NCBI RefSeq assembly: GCF_001194135.2
Contig: NC_068999.1
Coordinates: forward strand, 32,445,920-32,509,919
Reading direction: 5' to 3'
Length of the DNA stretch: 64,000 nucleotides
Origin: Octopus bimaculoides
Taxonomy: Eukaryota
Positions 12,740 through 26,924 of this stretch are shown one piece after another; the stretch's first letter is position 1; every line of letters starts with the position of its first letter. The translations under genes and the position numbers were made by a program. A model generated the notes under the pieces. The model saw nothing but the letters and a program-made list of their open reading frames with translations. It did no database searches and was not told the DNA's origin.

Positions 12740-12900
12740 GACCTCAGAGGGTGGTCTATATTAATACTACATGATCTCGCAGTGTGAGGCCTCTATATTA
12801 ATACTGCATGACCTCCACCACTGAGTGTGGCCCATATTAAATACAGAATGACTACCTAGTGCGAGGCTTCTATATTTTAATTACTTTATGACCCTAGGTT
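12740..12900. repeat. Degenerate minisatellite, ~39-bp period, ~4 units
   Basis: Recurring ctatattaatactrcatgacct...gtgtgaggc motif. Confidence 0.65.
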
Positions 12901-14401
12901 TAACAAAAGTTGCTCTATATTATTATCCTGTCTTTGTGTTTACGTGCATGTGTTTGTGTGTGTGTTCATTTGTATAAGTAAAATATTTGTGTCTGTGTGC
13001 ACCTATCAGATTGTATATTTACATGCATTTGTGCTTGTGTGAGTGTGTGTGTCTTCCTTCCTTTACCAGTGTTTCTGTCCTGTGTTGTCACCTAATCTAA
13101 TGAGGTATGTCCTACTTCAGTTATGTTATTATCTATTGAAGGTACAGACATTGTTGTGGGAGGGATGAAAAAGAAAGGTCACTCACATATATTCTATCTT
13201 CTCTATTCCCCTTCTCTCCAACCTTCTTCTTATGCCCTGGTATTGTTATATCATCAGTGAGGAATGTATATTGTCTTCTCTGATAACACCACCACCATTA
13301 CATTCACCATACCTGTAATGACAGCTTCTCAATATAACTCTCTCTCTCAATCATTCAACAGCGGTTCCTATTAACATGTACATTTAAATGCTGTTATGTG
13401 TTATTTTGTTCTATATCAAAACTGATTCAATAGACTTCTGATCAAAGCCAAATACAGTAAAAAATATGCAAGTTAATTTGTTCCCGGAGACTGCTTGTAA
13501 AGTGAAAACTCCTAAAGCAGAGCAATAATTTCTCATAGTAACAACATTATAAATTGTTATTTGTTCCCAGAAAAATATTTTACTTATAAAATTTATAATA
13601 TTTGTGAATAGATGGCAATAAAACAATAGAATGTAAAGAGTATTTTATGTAAAGTAAAAAGGATGTCAAGATGGTTTATAAAAAAAAAAATATTATTAAA
13701 ACTGTTTCTAATTACTTTCATTTGCACAAGACTCGCACACACTATCACTTGTAGACATGATCGCCAATTCATGAACATTTGTAGACGGACTTGTAGATTT
13801 CTTTTCAAAAAATAAATCTTGAGTTGTTTGCTTAGAAGAAACTTGTTTTCACTCTCTCTAAATTTCTCAGTAACATGCAGAAGCATTTGTTATGGTAGTA
13901 GAAACTTTTGCACTTCATTTAAAATTTGGATTTTGTCCTTGAAAAATAAAACTCATAAAGCAGGTCCCCGTAAAGTGAGGTATTACTTTAGTTTTTGTCT
14001 GTTTATCTGTTTGTGGGGATCCAGGGTCACATTGTTGAGGTAGATCTGGCTGCTGTTTCTAGCTGATCATCATGAGATTCCCTCATGTATTATTTGATTT
14101 CTTAGGACACTCTGTCAGATGTAATCTGACTCTCAGATGACAGACTCTGTTAGTTTTGTTGATGGGCATACAGTTTGTCAGCCAATTGACTTTGTACTTA
14201 GGAAATCTACTTATAAGTGGATGGATGTTCCTCTGACACTTGTGATATCAATGCAGTTCTCAACAGGATAAGAAACAAGAATGTGGAGAACCAGAATGGA
14301 TACTTCGCAGCATTCTGTATATTGCATTAATAATTCTTCCAATTTACCATCTCCATCTGGTCAAACCGCCTAATCCATGCCAGCATGGAAAACAGAGATT
14401 C

Positions 14402-14615
14402 ACCCTTTAGCATTCAGATTACTCTGTCAAATATATTGCTTTTTTGTTCACATTGTTTTCAGTTAATCATGCATTATTTCATAGCTTTGAGATTTCAAAG
14501 ATGTGATTGTTGACTTTTAGAACAACATAGAAAGATGGGTGTGAGAGGCAAAATCTGGTCAGTTTGAACATAAAACAGATTGAATACTTGGGCAGGTAAT
14601 AGGCAAGTTTAAATG
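14402..14615 (+). mobile_element. TTAA MITE family A (degraded ends)
   Basis: ccctttagcattcagattactctgtcaaat...gaacataaaacag...tttaaatg. Confidence 0.8.
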
Positions 14616-16090
14616 ATGGTGATAGTAATCTGGGTCTATTCTACATTTGTACCCACCCTTCCCATATAGGCTACAATTGTTCTGTCAATAGAAAGATCTA
14701 TATCATGTGTTTTTGCTAATCTGCAGTTACCTCTCAGTAATTTTGACAAGTATAATTCTACTATTTATAGCCTTGTCATATTAAATATTATTTATAATCT
14801 TCATACTTAAACTATCCTGTCTGTTCATGAAGCCCTGTCACAATTAAATCAGTATGTTGATATTCTTGTTATCTTGAGATCAAGATGAGTGACTGTTGCT
14901 ATTCTAGTTTCTTATCTTTGGGATTAGACAAGAAGATTGTTCTTGCATTTCCTTTAGTTCCAAACTTTCCAGTCCAATCCTCGATTAGATATGCAAGATA
15001 TACCTGACACTTGGTACTACTGTGAGTGTTATACATGGAATACTTGTTGACCTTGCTCATTCAGCTGTAAATAAATGTCATGAGGAGACATGGCACGGTT
15101 GTTACAGCATTGGACAAAATACCTTGTATTTCTTCTAATACTTTGTTCTTAGTCCAAATCTTGTTGATGGCATCTTTACCTTTCATCCTTTCTAGAATCA
15201 AACTGGGGTCAGTGTAATTAACTAGCTCCTTCCCCTCAAAAATGCTGGCTTTGTGGCTAAATTAGAAACCATTGTTTTTAATTAGTACCACATTTCCTTT
15301 CAATTACTTGATGATGATAACAGATTCCTCTGTTTCTGGATTTGATTTTATAAACTGTTTGCTAGCTTTCAGTAATGGGTTTCAGATTTTCTCATGGAAT
15401 TATTAGATATTCCAGAGCATCTTCTTTTGAATTCCTATATAAAGGTTTCTGTAGCATTTTAACATGCCAGTGATTTACCAATCATCAATATTTACTTGAA
15501 TTCATATACACCTAGAATGGCCAGAAATACTATTGTTCATGTCTTCAGTGTTGGTAGTAGGGAGCCATCTTGTATACAAATTTTATTTTCAAGAAGATCA
15601 AGAATTCCTCAGTTTCAGTTTCAGTTTAGCTCCATTATTATATGAAGAAAGAGAGAATGATTCATTCCAAATATAGCAACTGAAATGTTAACTAAAATGC
15701 AAATAAAATACTACTACAGTGTTAACTGTAATGTTTACAGCACTGTTGATTGCACTATTGACTAATATTGATTGCACTGTAGACTGCATTATTTAATGTG
15801 ATGTTGGTTGCTATATTAAGGCACTGTTGATTGTAATATTGACTGTATTGTAGACAGATTTTGATTAAAGTTGACTGTGTTGTTAACTGTTTGTTTTTAT
15901 CAATGATCACCAAATGATCATTTATAACTTTGTCATTGTTTATAATAACCCGGTCACCACTTATAAACAATTCACAAATAATCATTCATGACTTGCCAAA
16001 TCATTATTCACAAGTGATCCTGTGGTCATCTCAATCAGTTGACCAGTTTAACACCACCACCACTATTGCATACCTTTCAAGAGTTTATTG

Positions 16091-16161
16091 TTATAAACAT
16101 TTGTGCTGGGCCTCCAGTTTGAGGATATCTTCTTTCCTCTCTTCAACCTGTCTCAGATATC
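16091..16161 (-). CDS. Candidate terminal coding exon of an unidentified minus-strand gene: (G)YLRQVEERKEDILKLEAQHKCL*
   Basis: Acceptor atcccttaaag. This is the only open frame, and it is phase-compatible with exon 16672-16726. The helical charged peptide ends at TAA (16093-16091). A further donor AG/gtatgc follows at 16074. Confidence 0.5.
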
Positions 16162-16519
16162 CTTTAAGGGATTACGGGCATTACCTTCTATTTGATTAAG
16201 TGATAAAAGAATTGTAAATGACCAGGACATCCTCTATAAACAACAGTCATAATTTTTAATGATCAGATGATTATTTATAAATGACCAAAGTGGTTATTTA
16301 TAAATGACCAAACTGTTTATTTATAAATGTCCAAAAACCCTGTCATTCTCTTCATCGTTGGTTTGTCAAAGAAGCTGCACTGTTTGCTGAATCAAACATA
16401 TTTCTAGTCATTAAATTATTGCTCTTCTCATTATCTCTCTCTCACTTCAAGACTATTTTGCTATAGCAGCTAACATTTATTTTCTTTTATTGTCTCTCTT
16501 GCTCTCTCTCTTTCTCTGT

Positions 16520-16550
<31 letters not shown>

Positions 16551-16671
16551 TATATGGCAACTAGGTCCACACTGTTTTCATGTGTGGCAATTGATAATTA
16601 TCAGTTATTTACATAAGCTTTGAAACTGAAGAAAAGCTTTATTGAAACCTTTCTGCCTCTGGTCCACTTAC

Positions 16672-16726
16672 CTCTTTTCACTAGGTTGAACATTTCTTCT
16701 CCCACCCCTACCAGGGAGTTGTAGTC
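16672..16726 (-). CDS. Candidate internal exon: DYNSLVGVGEEMFNLVKR
   Basis: Acceptor ggctgacctttcag and consensus donor GAG/gtaagt; 55 nt, phase 0 to 1. Confidence 0.55.
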
Positions 16727-17281
16727 CTGAAAGGTCAGCCTTTAAGTGCACTTCTATTCATTAAGAATTGTTCTCCCTACTTATCAAATCTTGTTTCCTT
16801 TTCATTGATATTTTACTGTTTTATTAATGCCATCCTTACATTCTCTGTTGTCTGCAATAGCTACTTTAAAGGTTACCATTGGAGTGTTAGAAGTCCAATT
16901 ATCATTGCCATAAGTGGAACTACTTGGCTTTAGCTTACTATCTATTGATTTCATTTCAACATCAAACCTTTCCTCTTTATCCTATTTTCATTCTGTTTCT
17001 CTCTCCACTGACTTTCGGTCTTATCCTTTCTTCCATCCATCACTTATGTAAATGTTTAGATCTTCTATACTGTTTACCTTTAAGGATGTTAACCTAAACT
17101 TTTTGTTTTAGATGTGTTCTTTAACCATAGGTCAATCTCCATCCAGTAGACTATGATCAAAGGACTTATTTTGGTCTCTTATCGTAATTTCATTTATATC
17201 TCGGATGCGTTATAAGATATTAAATTAATACCAGTATTTAACTGGTATTTTATATCCATCTCAGAACGATGAACAGCTACA

Positions 17282-17507
17282 TTAACCCTTTTGTTACCAT
17301 ATTTCTGTTGAAATGCACAGTCTTTGTTTCATTTAATATTGAAAATAATGAAGAATTTAGTAAAAAAAAAAACATTAAATTGTCCATTACTAAGCTGGTG
17401 TTTGGAACATATATTAACATGAAATTTTAATGAAAGGCTTTAATTTAGATCACTTTAGAACAAGAAATTTGTATCATAGGACCAAAGTTGGTCTCAGGCA
17501 GTGTTAA
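17282..17507 (+). mobile_element. TTAA MITE family B
   Basis: ttaacccttttgttaccatatttctgttgaaat...ggtctcaggcagtgttaa. Confidence 0.8.
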
Positions 17508-17648
17508 CATTGGCAGTGAAGAAAAGTCAACTAGTTGAGATGAACAAACTTGTTAAAATAAAATGCTAACATAAAGATACAGCCTGGAACATAAATAGCT
17601 TCACCATAAATAGCATGACTTTGAGTGCTCTCTGCCCAGGTTACCTCA

Positions 17649-17872
17649 TTAACCCTTTAGTTTTCAGATTACTCTGTCAAATGTAATGTTTATTCACATT
17701 GATTTGATTTAATTATGCATTATCTGATAACTTCTAGATTTCAATGATATGATTGTTTATTTTAAGAATGACAATGTAGGGCAGGTGTGAGAGGCTGGAT
17801 CTAGCTGGTTTGAACATAAAACAGGTAGAATATTTGGGCTGGATATGGCCAGTTAAAATGCCAAAGGATTAA
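17649..17872 (+). mobile_element. TTAA MITE family A
   Basis: ttaa-ccctttagttttcagattactc...aaaatgccaaagga-ttaa. Confidence 0.85.
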
Positions 17873-17974
17873 ACCTTGAAAATAACCTAGAATGTTGTTA
17901 AAAATATTTCAGACCACTTTACAAATCTAATCTGTTGCAAATTACCAGAAAGTGATAAAAAATTGTCTACTGTA

Positions 17975-18125
17975 GACAGAAGGCCTGAAATATTTTTGGG
18001 AAAGGGGACAAGTCAGTTACATTGAACCCCAGTGCACAAGTGGTACTTAATTCATTAACTCTGAAAGGATGAAAGACATTTGAACTCAGAATGTAAAGCC
18101 AGAAGAAATGCCACTAAGTATTTTG
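17975..18125 (-). mobile_element. SINE family S2 fragment
   Basis: Reverse complement of gttctgagttcaaat...tttcatcctttcagagttaatgaattaagtacc...ctggggttcaatgtaac. Confidence 0.65.
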
Positions 18126-19962
18126 ACAGTTATTTTGGTCTTTTTTGTTTTGTCAGAAATCAGCTTTGAAATTATTTCTATGAAAATGCCTTATTTCCTA
18201 TTGTGAAGTTCCACACTTTGCCAAAATATTGCCTTGGCCCACCTTGAGAACCACTGGTTTAACTCATTCCAAAATGAATGTATGACACCATGCTTGATGT
18301 TGATGATGATAATGGTGATGATAGAATTGCTGGTGAAGTAAAGGGACATTCAGTAATAAGTAGAATGATGATATTGCTGTTGCTGCTATTGTTGTGATAT
18401 GGTTAGAAATACAAACACCAGGATGATATTAGAAAATGTGTATTAAATATCTAAATATGAAATATTCTCAAACTGGATTCCCTCCCTCTTCATTCTTTTT
18501 CTCTTCTCCATCAACATCCCAACCATTTTATTTACATTCACTCACTATAATGTGGATTAGGTTTAACTCTTTAATTCTGTAATTCAGCCGTTACAAGTTG
18601 TCATCAACATAACTCAGCCAGTGAAGTCATCAAATTTTTTTTCACATTAAAAGCTTGCCCTTCAAGACACCTCCCTTGTTAAGGTTAATGTTCTTTTGGG
18701 TTACCATTTTGTGATTCTGTGTTCAAGTATTCACAAGCTAACCCATGTAGCAATTAAACACTACTAAGATGAATCGACTTATTAAATGTTGACAGATTAG
18801 CTATCTAAATGTTTAAATTTCTTGCTAAAACTAAAGATTTACATTGGAAATAGCTTCTAATCTAAATCTTTTGAAAAAATCCTCAAATACTTTGGCAATG
18901 ATTTGATTTTTTTTTTCTTTTTTCTTTCCTTATTGGAAGTTTCTTTCCTTTTTCTGTTTTTAGAAATATGTTTTTCTTTAGAATAAAGTAAAAAAAAACT
19001 CAACAAAATTGAGAAAAGAAAGTATTAACGTGTTGAAATTTTCTTGAAGATTATTGAAAGTGAAACTAATTCTGCAAGAAATGCCATGTCTTAATACTCA
19101 AAGAAATTTGGCATTTCTGCAAATATTAAGCTTGATGTGTGAAACTAGTTTATGGATCAAAAAACTTGATTCTCAAACTGTAGGTGTGTGGTGAGGTTGG
19201 GATATTGCAGGGAGACGGTATAAAAAGAGAGGAAATGTAATAGAATTATATTGGTTTCAAAGTTTTCTATGAGATGTTAAATATTTTTGTCTTTTCTTTC
19301 TGAGACCATTCCATTGTCTTCCTCCAAAAATTGGATCATGGGTTGTTAATGTTTAGCCATAGGTGAACCCTAATTGAACAAACCTATGGATGAAGCCATT
19401 TCTGCCATGGGCTATTACACTTTTTAAATATCACTGACTGCATGTCCATCCTTTTCTAAGATGGGTTTGTAATGAAAGGTGATGTGTGAGTTTGTTCACT
19501 TCAGTACTGGAGCAGGGAAATCTATGAAAGGTTGAAGATTAAAATATGGTAAAGCAACTTGTTCAATGTAATTCAACACACTGTTTATAAAGATTCTCTT
19601 GCGGATATGTTGGTGCTTAAGGAACTGTACATGATAATACTGTATTTTGGATACTTTAATGCAGTGTTTAGGGTATAATAATTATTTGTAGGAAACAACT
19701 GAATGTATAAGATATTTAATACTAAATGGTTAATATATATATTCCTGTTTCCCAATTTGCATTCAAGTTAGCTTTCTGTTCTCTTATCTAGATCTCTCCT
19801 AATTTTGAAGAATTTTCCTAATAACCATTCCTTAACTGAGATGATTCAGTTCACACCTTTCTCTCCTTATTTCTGACTTCACAAGCTAATAAGGGAACCC
19901 ATACATGGTGGCTCAACCTGAAAATATCTACCAAATATCCCTCAAATTGTATCCTAATGTCT

Positions 19963-20190
19963 TTAACCCTTTAGCAGTCAGATTACTCTGTCAAATATAA
20001 TGCTTATTTATTCACATTGTTTTGAATTAATCTTGTATTATCTCATAGCTTTGAGATTTTGATGATGTGATTGTTCATTTTAAGAATTACATTGTGGTGT
20101 AAGTGTGAGAGACCAGATCTGACTGGTTTGAATGCAAAACATAAAAGAATATTTGGGTTGTGTATGGCGAGTTTAAATACTAAAGGGTGA
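19963..20190 (+). mobile_element. TTAA MITE family A
   Basis: ttaa-ccctttagcagtcagattactc...tttaaatactaaaggg. Confidence 0.85.
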
Positions 20191-21599
20191 GGAGGAAAAA
20201 CAAAAGGAGGAGGAGGACATATTGGATAATGTCAGTTTTCAAGTTTTCAAGGCTGGAACGTCTTTAGTCAGGTCTGTCCAATCAGGTCAGATCTGGGAAT
20301 AAACAACAACTTTTAACTCCAAACTGCATATGCAACAATACCACTGCTAAACTTTCCTGCTAATCCTATATACACTCAATTGCCAAGAAACTTTTTCTAA
20401 ACGTTGCTACCCAACGAATAACCAGCCCTAATGGTGTTTTAGCCCTCAGACTTGCCACAAGTACTTTGGCTCACAATTTATGATGATCTTTGAGTTACAC
20501 ATTTGAATGTATATTACTTGGTTCTAACTCAGGGACATGTACCAGTTCTTTTGGAAATTTCTCCAACAGGTTGTCATTGTGTTGCCCCAAGGTGAGATTT
20601 ATTTGCCATCTACATCACACTGTGGAATTTGAATTAAATACCTACTCTTGCAGTCTCTTTGATGCCTTAGAAATACTTCTGTGCTGTGCCTACATCTTCA
20701 TCTGTGAAGCCAAATGTATTAATAGCTGATATTGGAATAAAAATATAACCAGGAACCATATAACACAATTTCATCTGTCACTGAAGAAATTTTATTGCTA
20801 TAAAAATTTCAGTACCATGTTTGAAATATTTCTGTTGTTAATATTCATTATATGCAATATAATTCATTGTGGCATGTGGGTTTATATCTTTTCTCTACAT
20901 TCTAGTGGTATTTGCAGTAAAAACAGAAACCAACTGTACAATAAAATCCTGGCAGTGTCCTGCTACTGCTAATACTTTGATACTATGTTGCCAACAATAG
21001 CAAAACAGAGCATTTAATAAGGATAATTTTATTTTCCCCATTTAAACCTAAAGTTATGATTAGCTTATTTTAAGTTGTTGATAATTCCAGATGATGCAGC
21101 TGTGTATATACACTCATCGCTAATGTGTTGGTGCTGCCAACATTAATTTTATGACATAGTAATTCAATAATAATAATAATGATTAGTAGTACAGTTAGAA
21201 ATGCTTCAGTTATTTTGAAGCCAGTAAGATAACTTGAAATTTATGGAAAGCCATGGGATACATGTTTTTTTTTTTTTAAATGTATTTTATTTGAAGCCTC
21301 CAATTCTTTTTATGATCTAGAAATCCACGTAGGTAGTATTGAAAGTAGTCTTAACAGACAATACCTCTTAAAGCTATAATCCTTGTTATATACTTCTTAC
21401 CTTTTTTTTTTATACGGATAGTTAATTATTATTTTTCACTTTATGTGAAGAAGTAAACAATGGAATGAAAGCTATAACCTGTTTATAATATTATATTGCT
21501 ACTGAGTGACTATATTAAAAAAGCTGCAACAATCTTGATAAGTTGTGTAACACTTTTATTTTTATGTGCTTGTAAAGACCTGTTGAGCCAACTTTGTGT

Positions 21600-21890
21600 T
21601 TGATGCTAGTGCTATCTGACTGACACCTGTACTGGTGACACATAAAAAGTACCATTCGAGCATTGGACCTCATGGAGGCAGTGACAGGTGACCAAGACCT
21701 TTGGCCAAGTAAGACTGTAGTTGTGGCTGATGCTGGTATCAGGTCAATGGCACCCGTGCTGGTGGAATGTAAAAAACACCCACTACACTCTGAGTGGTGG
21801 ATGTTAGGAAGGGATCGAGCTGTAGAAATCAGGTGAGAACCTGGTGCAGCTCCTCAGCTTACCAGTTTGAACCCATAACCCTATCGAGCA
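21600..21890 (+). mobile_element. RTE-type LINE 3' UTR fragment
   Basis: ggcacccgtgctggtggaatgtaaaaaacacccactacactctgagtggtggatgttaggaaggg, shared with the other 3' UTR copies. Confidence 0.7.
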
Positions 21891-21957
21891 AGGTATGGTT
21901 GCTGCCCTATTGAACTGTAGATTCTCAAAAACAAAAAAAAAATATCAAGAGTATAAG

Positions 21958-22150
21958 TGTAGACATGATTGTATGGTTAAACTGTTCAATTTGTAGCTAT
22001 GTGTTTCTTTGTTTAGTGTTCCACTGCATTCGACCTTGGGTAAACGTTTTCTACTTTTTGCTTTGAGATGAACAAGGCCTTGGGTAAAAATTGGTAGACA
22101 GAAACATTAAGGAAACCCATCATATATGTATCTATTTGTCTGTCTGTCTA
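21958..22150 (+). mobile_element. Old S1-like SINE 5' fragment
   Basis: Degenerate head and gaccttgggtaaacgttttctact...ggtagacagaaac. Confidence 0.5.
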
Positions 22151-22635
22151 AATCTTGGAGTATTTGTGTTCACATTTATGCCACTTAAAGCCAATAATCT
22201 TTTTGATGTTCCATAACAAAGTTGTTTAACAAATGTATGTCAATAAGATAAGTCTTAAACTTAAAAATTAATTACTGGGGTTAATATGCACAACAAAACC
22301 CTCAAATGTGGTGTCTCAATATGACTGCAATCCAATCTTGCTAAAATATTAATTGAATATAAATATATAGATACCAAAATATAACAATTACCTTATGATA
22401 TTTACAAATACGCTTGACATAATTGCATCTTTTAGTTGCATTTTATCTCCTGTTTAACTTTTACAAGTACACACACACACACATACATAAATGCATACAT
22501 ATACACAGAAGCAGTCATTAGCATTTTTTCTTTTCTTGTGAAATAATTATTTTGATATATTAAGACACAATTCAAAAATGCTTCAAAGAAATGAGAGGTG
22601 GGGTATGTAGAAATGTACTAATGTGTTGGTATATA

Positions 22636-23796
22636 TCTATACTATATATAAAACAGAGATGTGTGTGTAATCGCTTTTCATGTGAAATCGACTTCACCAA
22701 ATGCTTCCATACTTGTGATGCGTGAATAATTTGACCTCGGATAAATCTTAGGCTCTTCATTTGATTTTTTTAATTAAAAATAAATAATATTGCTTTATAT
22801 TTAAGATTCACTTCTTTAAAAAGGTTCCTCCATGTCAACTTCCGGTATTGACGTAACAACGGCAAAAACCTTCACTCTCTATTTTGTGTGTGAGTGTTTG
22901 TGTGTATGAGAGAGAGAGAGAGAGATAGTAAATACTACATACACACCGCTCTCTCACTCTGTCTCACACACACACACNNNNNNNNNNNNNNNNNNNNNCA
23001 TAAATGTATACAAACATATTTATAAAGACACACGTGTGTATGCGCGCGCGTGCGTGTTTGTAAGACAGAGTGTGAGTGAGTCAAGGGCTGTATTGTCATA
23101 TGCATACATCCAAAGATGTATGTATATTTATGCATGTACGTATACATGACAACAAACCTCTCTCTCTCACTCACACTCTGTCTCTTACAAACACACACAT
23201 ACATAAATGTATACAAACATATTTACAAAGACATACGTGTGTATGCACACGCGCGTGCTCCGGTATTGACGTAACAACGGCAAAAACTTTCACTCTCTAT
23301 TTTGTGTGTGACTGTGTGTGTTCGTGTGTATGAGAGAGAGAGAGAGAGTAAATACTACATACACACCGCTCTCTCACTCTGTCTCACACACATACACACC
23401 GCACACATACCCCTTGACTCACTCACACTCTGTCTCTTACAAACACACACATACATAAATGTATACAAACATATTTACAAAGACACATGTGTGTATGCAC
23501 GCGCGCGTGCGTGGGGGGTTCCACAATCGCCATTTATTTCAATTACTCTTGTGAGGATATTCACGTAAATCGTTTTTTTCATTTAACCCACATTTTAATT
23601 TTCGTTAAAGTTTCCAATGAGGCTTTTTGGCACATCTTCAATTTTCCCCATTCATGAGAGGCGCCCAGCCATCATTCATCTGAGAGTCCATCTACAGAAT
23701 GTCCTCTCAAATTTCTATACAGCATATTTTGCCTTTTTTTCTTCAAGTATATAAGCAACAATTTCATTCCCAAGCAACGCCGGGTGCCTCTGCTAG
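22636..23796 (+). mobile_element. Complete non-autonomous Helitron
   Basis: 5' A/TCTATACTATATATAAAA at 22635/22636; 3' cccaagcaacgccggg hairpin-like motif then tgcctctgCTAG/T at 23796/23797. It has an A-T insertion site, no TSD, and internal microsatellite-rich duplicated blocks. Confidence 0.85.
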
Positions 23797-24129
23797 TGTG
23801 ATAAATATATAACATAGCTACTGTAAAAACCAGGAAATATTTTAATACTGATCACTTGTTGATCTTCTGAAGTCTCAAGACACGCATTGGAGTTCTGCTC
23901 TCATATAATTGTATATTAGAAATTTCTATATCTTCTCTCTCTTTCTCTCCCCACCCATAAGATAGCTTCTATATCTCTGTTACACTTGTCAATCTTCTCT
24001 GTCTCTCTATAAACTAATATGCCTCAGTAAACTAGCTTCATACTTCTGTAGACTTATTGTGGCTGGGTGTGGTTTCTTTTAATAGTTACTCTATACCAGT
24101 ACTTGGTACTCATATCTATCCTGCCACTC

Positions 24130-24380
24130 AGCACTAATACAAGGTGAATCCTCACAACTACCAACCACTCAACAACAGTTTTAGGTACATTCTCTTAACT
24201 ACCTTTTCACTCAACTCTAGTACTACGTAAAAATCTCCCAACTACCTCTCAACAATGTGGTACTAGACACATCCTCACAACCATTACTCCTCTCTGCACT
24301 AGGTACATTCTCTCAACCACTACTCCACTTAACAACAGTACATCTTCACAACTAACGTTCTACTCCAGTAATAAATACAT
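24130..24380. repeat. Degenerate minisatellite
   Basis: Recurring taggtacattctctcaaccactac / cctcacaactac / ctcaacaac motifs. Confidence 0.55.
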
Positions 24381-25212
24381 CTTTATATCTCTAGCATTAT
24401 TTGATGCTAAACAATCATTTCCTGTGATTTACTGGCTTATTGTCATTACTGTGTTTGTACATGTTTCTCTACTTTTACTTTCTCTTGTGAGCAGGAGGCG
24501 TTTTGGTGGTTGGCACCACCAAATATGTGACATCAGGTCTTCTACTTTCCACTCTGAAGTAGAGTGGTACTCTAACCAGATGTCTAGCTCTCATGCACAC
24601 TAGATATTTTCACCCTCACTATTCCAGCTAAGTGGGAAAGAGAACTGGGTCCCTTGCTTTGTTTATGTTGTCACTGCTAACTACTGTGGCAATAGTAGTG
24701 GTGGTGATGATAGCAGTAGTTTCTGTTATTACTACTTCTGTTGTAATGGAATTCGATTGGTTATTGTTGTTATTCTTTGTTTGGCATATTTTTTTGTTGG
24801 AGTTGTTACTGCCCCTGCTCGCCACTGCAACAGTGATGTAACAGTTTAAAATTTTTTACCTTGAGAAGGAAGGAATCTGTGTTTAATGATTGACTAAAGA
24901 GAAGGGACCAAGAGGTATTTTTCAATCTTTTCAAAGTCACCTCCCACTTCCCTCTCTAGGTGGATGATTGTGAAAAATATCTCCATCTTTTAAAATTAAG
25001 TTTTTCGAAAACAGTAATTTTAGAATTTCATTCAAATTTTTTTCACCTCAAAAAGGTAAGAGACAAAAGCTAACAAACTCATTCTTATAAGAGAGAAATA
25101 AATAACAAATAGTAACAACGAAGATGTGCCAGGATATACAAATAAATAAATAACTTATTGAGAGCACATATTGTTTGTATAACAAATGATAACAATGGTT
25201 TCAAATTTTGGC

Positions 25213-25591
<379 letters not shown>

Positions 25592-26467
25592 GAGAGTGAT
25601 GGAATTTTGGCTTATCAGGAAATTAAAGATGAAAGAAATAATTTATTGGATTTCCTCTCTCTTCCTCTCTCTTTCTCTCTCTCTGTCTCTCCCTCTTATA
25701 ATGCCATAGGCTCCTGTTGTTCTTTTTGAAATAGTTCAATATGTAATGTTATTTGAACTACTTTAGAAAATTAAAGGATTTCGCAAATCCTAACATATGG
25801 AGTTGTAAAATGTCCCAGAAATTGAAATTTTTTTTCTTTGTTTTTCTAAACCTAAACATATTTTGAAATCTGAGATACATAGTTCTGAACAGGTTTTCTT
25901 TGCTAATAATATTTTCAATATGGTATAGAATTAATAAGCTGATGTTTCATGTATTTATGGCACTATGAAATGGCTCATTTTTCTGCCTCTTTACTACAGA
26001 TATGAGAAATTGAATTGAAATTTCTTTTGATCAGCTTGCGTTTTTGTTGTTAAGTTTATTTGAAATTCTTCTCAATTATCATGCATCAAAGAAATTGTTG
26101 ATACGATTGACGAACAATAGAATATTTAATGTTGAATTTAATTAAAATTTATACCCCGTTGTTAAAAATAGTTTTAGCACATCAAATCACTTTCAGTATC
26201 CAGCTGCTGCATAGAGTATAAATATTATTTTATAGGCATGGTAGACATAAGCGTTTACTTACACATAAAAATACTTGACACTTTAGTATATACTAACACT
26301 CCATACAGACATTTGTGTTCAGTCACACTCCAAATAAAAACACTCCATACTTTAAGTGTGTACTTACACTCTTTGTGAAGAACATTATTTTTTAGTGTAC
26401 AGTCACATGCCATTTAGGATCACTACACTTTAATGTACACTTATAACAAATACTCCATACACTAGTG

Positions 26468-26820
26468 CAGTGGTTCTCAACCAGGGTGCATATGACCCCC
26501 AGGTGTCAATGTAAGATTTTTGGGGCTCCACACAAGCAAAATAGTAAATAAGGTACCTACAGTAGTATTTTAAGGGTCCTTGAAAAGTTTTTGCTTTAGA
26601 AGTGTTTTATTGCAAGAAACAGCAAGGTTTCTTTCTCTAACATTTTACATAATTCAACCTTCACAAATTAATGACTGAGCAGCCATATAGGAATTTTGAA
26701 AGTATCTATAAAACTAGTTTTTAAATATCAAGTGGCTATGGGGGTCCATCAGAATAAAATAGTGATCAAAGTAATAGTAATCCATAGGTAAGAAAAAAAA
26801 AAAAAGGTTGAGAACCACTG
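26468..26820 (+). mobile_element. hAT (Charlie-like) MITE
   Basis: Perfect 15-bp TIRs cagtggttctcaacc / ggttgagaaccactg. The 8-bp TSD is no longer recognisable. Confidence 0.85.
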
Positions 26821-26924
26821 CTGTTGATGAAATAATTAACAGTTATGAACTGGGGTCAATATAATTAACTTATGCCCTCCCCTAAAATTGCTGGCCTTGT
26901 GCCAAAATTTGAAATCAGTGTCTA

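Noticed and set aside
16091-16726. Resemblance of GEEMFNLVKRGY...LEAQH to guanylate cyclase H-NOX or TSNAXIP1-type helices
   Set aside because: Too few matching positions and conserved motifs are missing; no gene symbol assigned.
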